A stretch of DNA of 10,281 nucleotides from an uncultured Gemmatimonadota bacterium (GTDB lineage: Bacteria; SM23-81): assembly GCA_964584035.1 (NCBI GenBank), contig CAZOYL010000069.1, positions 1-10,281 of the forward strand, given 5' to 3'. Made by a program: the position numbers and the translations under genes. This document shows positions 6,740-10,281 of the stretch, piece by piece. Positions within the stretch are counted from its first letter, which is position 1. Every line of letters starts with the position of its first letter. The notes beneath the pieces were generated by a model. That model saw only the letters and a program-made list of their open reading frames with translations, had not been told where the DNA came from and searched no databases.

Positions 6740-8104
6740 ATGATCCATGGCAGGTGTACGATATCGTGTGCGCTGATGCTCCTGATCATCAGCCTGACCT
6801 CGTTTCCCGGCCCTTCCCACGGGCAAGCGATCCAGCCGGCCTCCATCGACGCCCGCACCCGGACCGCCGTGGTCGAGGAGATCGGCCGGCTGCTGATCGA
6901 AAGATATATCTTTCTGGACGCGGCCGAGCGGACCAGGGACTACCTAGAAAACCGATTAACCGACGGGGCCTACGATACCCTCGACGATCCGGTTCTGTTC
7001 GCCCAGGTCCTGACCGATGACCTTTACCAGGTCAGCCAGGACCGTCATTTTTACGTCGCCTTCGATCCCCGGCAGGCCGACCTGGTCCGGGCGCAGGAGA
7101 GCGAGTCCGAACAGGAAAGGGAAAGAGCGTTCCAGGCGCAACAGGAAAGCGACCGGAAGACCAATTTCGGATTCAAGAGGGTCGAGAACCTGACCGGCAA
7201 TATCGGCTGCCTGGACCTGCGCTATTTGAGCAATGCCGAGTACGCCGGCCAGACGGCCGCGGCGGCGATGAACTTTCTGGCCAATGCCGACGCCGTCATC
7301 ATCGACATTCGGAATGCGCCGGGCGGCTATCCCAACATGGTCCAGATGCTGTGCAGCTATTTTGTGAAGGGCACCCGGGAGGGCCGGACCCACCTGAACA
7401 CCTTCCAGCGCCGCTTCGACGACAGCATCGAGCAGTTCTGGACCTGGGCCTATGTGCCCGGACCGCGGCTGTACGATACCGATCTGTTTATCCTGACCAG
7501 CCAGTACACCGGGTCCGGAGCCGAGGGGCTGGCCTACCACCTGAAAAATCTCCAGCGGGCCACGCTGGTCGGTGAGACCACTGCGGGCGCGGCGCATCCG
7601 GTCAAAGCGGTGGTCATTCATGATGACTTCGTCATGAACCTGCCGGAGGGCCGCCCGGTCAATCCCATCAGCGGGACGAACTGGGAGGGCGTCGGCGTGG
7701 AGCCCCATGTCGCCGTGCCGGCCGACCGGGCCTTCGACACGGCCTACCTGATGGCCCTGGAAAAGCGGCTCGAGAAGGTGGAGGATGCGGTCGAGCGGTT
7801 TCAGGTCGCCTGGGCCATGGACGGCCTGAGGGCCAGGCTGGAGCCGGTCGAGATCGGCGAGGCCGCCCTCGGCAGGTATGCCGGCACCTACGGCGAGCGC
7901 ACGGTGTGGCTGGAGGACGGGGCGCTCCATTACCGGCGCACGGGACCGGCCTTCCGGCTGATTCCCCTGAAAGAGCATCTCTTCGCCCTGGAGGGTCTGG
8001 ATCGTTTCCGGATCGAGTTCATCCTCGACGAAAGCGGCCGGGCCAAGGAGATGATCGGCCATTACGACAACGGGATGACCGATTTCTCGGCGCGGACAGA
8101 ATGA
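6740..8104 (+). CDS. Secreted S41-family peptidase (IRBP-like) with C-terminal DUF3471-like domain (454 aa)
   Basis: AAGGAG at 6727-6732 precedes ATG 6740, then a hydrophobic signal peptide. S41 motifs GNIGCLDL, IIDIRNAPGG, TGSGAE (catalytic Ser region), LVGETTAGAAHP and NWEGVGVEPHV. C-terminal LGRYAGTYGER is DUF3471-like. Confidence 0.88.
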   Translation: MIHGRCTISCALMLLIISLTSFPGPSHGQAIQPASIDARTRTAVVEEIGRLLIERYIFLDAAERTRDYLENRLTDGAYDTLDDPVLFAQVLTDDLYQVSQDRHFYVAFDPRQADLVRAQESESEQERERAFQAQQESDRKTNFGFKRVENLTGNIGCLDLRYLSNAEYAGQTAAAAMNFLANADAVIIDIRNAPGGYPNMVQMLCSYFVKGTREGRTHLNTFQRRFDDSIEQFWTWAYVPGPRLYDTDLFILTSQYTGSGAEGLAYHLKNLQRATLVGETTAGAAHPVKAVVIHDDFVMNLPEGRPVNPISGTNWEGVGVEPHVAVPADRAFDTAYLMALEKRLEKVEDAVERFQVAWAMDGLRARLEPVEIGEAALGRYAGTYGERTVWLEDGALHYRRTGPAFRLIPLKEHLFALEGLDRFRIEFILDESGRAKEMIGHYDNGMTDFSARTE

Positions 8105-8225
8105 TCGCCCGGCGGTTCCCGGGAACGGCCGGCGGCAGGACCGGCGAGGGGACCTGTGGCGGGACCGGGGGCGGTTTCAGGCCGGGATTTTTCTGCCGAA
8201 TAAGGGCTCAATGTACATATTTATC

Positions 8226-8253
8226 TTGACTAATTGAAAAAAAGTATTATATT
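8226..8253 (+). promoter_or_regulatory. Sigma70-type promoter upstream of the radical SAM gene
   Basis: TTGACT (8226-8231), 16-nt spacer, TATATT (8248-8253), within a very AT-rich island. Confidence 0.65.
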
Positions 8254-8325
8254 TGGGCGACAAGCGGTCATCTGCCGCATGGTGTACCACCGGACAAAGA
8301 GCCTAAAAAAAACGATTGGTGGAAT

Positions 8326-8360
8326 AAAGCCCGCGCTTTTTAGTGCGGGCTTTTTTGTTT
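8326..8360 (+). terminator. Intrinsic terminator inside the putative 5' leader of the radical SAM gene
   Basis: AAAGCCCGCGCT-TTTT-AGTGCGGGCTTT stem (12 bp, one G-U) running into TTTTTTGTTT (8351-8360). It ends about 57 nt before ATG 8418. Confidence 0.8.
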
Positions 8361-8417
8361 ATACATCAGGGCGCAGGACCGACCGGGAACAGGCTGTGAG
8401 CTAAAAAGAGGGAAATC

Positions 8418-10025
8418 ATGCGCAAGCTTCGCATCGCCATTATCGACCTGATCACCAAAGGCCCCACTCGCGCTTTGTACGGCCGCGTTATGCATGCCAA
8501 TCTGGCCAGTATCATGCCCCAGGTCGTCGCCGTGTGGTGCGAGGACAAAGGGCACGATGTCACCCTGCACTGTTATACGGGCCGAGAGGATCTCGACCGG
8601 GAGGTGCCGCCGGATGTCGATCTGGTCTTCATCGGCGCCTTCACCCAGTCGGCCCAGTTGGCCTACGCGCTGAGCAACCTGTTCCGCTCCAGAGGCGCCG
8701 TCACCGCCCTGGGCGGCCCCCATGCCCGCTGCTACCCGCAGGACGCGCAGCAGTACTTCGATTACGTGCTGGGTTTCACCGATCAGGCGGTGGTCGGTGA
8801 CCTCCTGGAAGATTGCTCGCCGCAGCACCCCACCGGTTTGTACCTCAGTGCCGCGGGCCAGCCGGAGCAACTGCCCGGGGTGCGCCGGCGCTGGAAGTTC
8901 ATCCGGCAGATCCTGCAGAAGGCGCCCCTGCTCAAGATCGTCCCAATGATCGGCAGCCTGGGATGTCCCTATTCATGCAACTTCTGCATCGACTCGGTGG
9001 TGCCCTATCAGCCACTGGACCTGGAGATCATCAAGGAGGATCTGCGGTTCCTGCGGACGAAGTTCCGCCGGCCGAAGGTGGGCTGGCATGATCCCAATTT
9101 CGGCGTCCGGTTCGACGGCTTCATGGACGCTATCGAGGAGGCCGTACCCCCCGGCAGCGTTCATTTCATCGCCGAGAGCAGCCTGTCCATTCTGTCGGAA
9201 GCTCACCTCCAGCGGCTCAGGCGGGACGGGTTCATGGGCATCCTGCCGGGCATCGAATCCTGGTACGACCTGGGCAAAAAATCGAAGACCGGCCGGCTGA
9301 AGGGGATCGACAAGGTCCGCCATGTCTCCGAGCACGTCAACATGATCCTGAAGTATCTGCCTTATGTGCACAGCAATTTCGTCCTCGGGCTCGACGTGGA
9401 TGAAGGGCCGGAGCCCTTCGAACTGACCAAGCGGTTTGTCGACCTGGCGCCGGGATCGTTCCTGGCGTTCTCGCAGCTGACCGCGTTCGGACGGGCCGCC
9501 CCGCTGAACCTGGAGTTCCAGCGTGCCGGCCGCGTTCTGCCGTTCCCGTTTCACTTTCTGAACAACAATCATGCCATGAACGTCAAGCCGAAAAACTATT
9601 CCTGGCCACGGTTCTACGATCACCTCATCGACCTGACGAAATATACCTTTTCCCGGCGGGCCATCCTCAGGCGTTTTCAGGCCAACAGGGGCCTCATCTC
9701 CAGAGGCATGAACGTGGTCCGGGCTGTTTCATCGGAGGGGTTTGGGAGGATCAAGTACCACACCGAAGTGCGCCGGCGCCTGGAGAGCGATCCGCAGGTG
9801 CGGCGTTATTTCGAAGGGGAGACGGCCGAGCTGCCCCAGTTCTACCTGGACCGCATCCGGACAGACCTCGGGCCGCTTTGGCAGTGGCTGCCCCGGGGGG
9901 CGTTGTATCACGACCAGAACGCCTATCTCAAGTCGGAACAAAAGCAGTCGCAGGCATCGGAGAGGCTCACGGCGGCCGCTGATCCAAGAAAGGAGGTCGC
10001 CGTCGAGACGGCCCTGGCCGGGTGA
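8418..10025 (+). CDS. Cobalamin (B12)-binding domain-containing radical SAM enzyme (535 aa)
   Basis: RBS-like AAGAGGGA upstream. N-terminal B12-binding-like segment with DVDLVFIG...ALGGPHA. CxxxCxxC motif GCPYSCNFC (Cys codons 8964, 8976, 8985). Downstream DPNF, GIES and FVLGLD motifs. Confidence 0.9.
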   Translation: MRKLRIAIIDLITKGPTRALYGRVMHANLASIMPQVVAVWCEDKGHDVTLHCYTGREDLDREVPPDVDLVFIGAFTQSAQLAYALSNLFRSRGAVTALGGPHARCYPQDAQQYFDYVLGFTDQAVVGDLLEDCSPQHPTGLYLSAAGQPEQLPGVRRRWKFIRQILQKAPLLKIVPMIGSLGCPYSCNFCIDSVVPYQPLDLEIIKEDLRFLRTKFRRPKVGWHDPNFGVRFDGFMDAIEEAVPPGSVHFIAESSLSILSEAHLQRLRRDGFMGILPGIESWYDLGKKSKTGRLKGIDKVRHVSEHVNMILKYLPYVHSNFVLGLDVDEGPEPFELTKRFVDLAPGSFLAFSQLTAFGRAAPLNLEFQRAGRVLPFPFHFLNNNHAMNVKPKNYSWPRFYDHLIDLTKYTFSRRAILRRFQANRGLISRGMNVVRAVSSEGFGRIKYHTEVRRRLESDPQVRRYFEGETAELPQFYLDRIRTDLGPLWQWLPRGALYHDQNAYLKSEQKQSQASERLTAAADPRKEVAVETALAG

Positions 10026-10118
10026 GAACATCCAGAGTTCAGATATCGATAGAAAACGCCGTGTGGCCGAGATACGGCCGCGGACGTCAACGCAGTGTCA
10101 GAAAGGGAGAAGATCGAA

Positions 10119-10281
10119 ATGAACATCTACGTCGGCAATCTCGCACCTGAGGTCACTGAAGACGACCTCCAGCAGGCTTTTGAGGCTTTCGGGCAGGTCG
10201 CATCCGTCAACGTGATCAAGGATAAATTCAGCGGCCGGTCGAGAGGGTTCGGTTTCATAGAGATGCCCACCAAAGCCGAGG
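10119..10281 (+). CDS. RNA-binding protein, RRM (RNP-1) domain; 3' end lies outside the window
   Basis: Translated by hand, absent from the ORF track: MNIYVGNLAPEVTEDDLQQAFEAFGQVASVNVIKDKFSGRSRGFGFIEMPTKAE. It has RNP2 (IYVGNL) and RNP1 (RGFGFIEM). RBS GGGAG at 10105-10109. Confidence 0.95.
   Translation, partial: MNIYVGNLAPEVTEDDLQQAFEAFGQVASVNVIKDKFSGRSRGFGFIEMPTKAE

Noticed and set aside
8109..8132. Palindrome CCGGC-G-GTTCCCGGGAAC-G-GCCGG after the S41 stop as a terminator or operator
   Set aside because: It has no U-tract and lies in very GC-rich sequence where such symmetry is common. It may be a 3' stabilising stem but this is unsupported.
8279..8404. 41-aa ORF MVYHRTKSLKKTIGGIKPALFSAGFFVY... 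as a leader peptide or RiPP precursor for the radical SAM enzyme
   Set aside because: There is no RBS and the codons are AT-rich and atypical. KPALFSAGFF is simply the terminator hairpin translated, a common spurious ORF pattern.

Overview
GC-rich bacterial DNA with seven protein genes. The + strand carries a 5'-truncated NAD-dependent epimerase/dehydratase and a secreted CARDB + C39/BtrH-like cysteine peptidase with a 'YPNPFN' FlgD-Ig/T9SS-type C-terminal domain. Converging on it from the - strand is a secreted papain-family (C1A) peptidase with an FG-GAP/VCBS beta-propeller and the same type of C-terminal domain. The + strand then continues with a trypsin-like lipoprotein, an S41/IRBP-like peptidase, a cobalamin-binding radical SAM enzyme and the start of an RRM RNA-binding protein that the ORF track missed. 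The two YPNPFN domains in a high-GC genome suggest an FCB-related lineage such as KSB1, Latescibacterota or Zixibacteria (inference only). Three points stand out: four consecutive exported peptidases of four different families; a promoter, structured leader and intrinsic terminator upstream of the radical SAM/RRM genes that matches no riboswitch I recognise; and a 17-codon hydrophobic, apparently leaderless ORF. I see no mobile element, CRISPR array, tRNA or rRNA.
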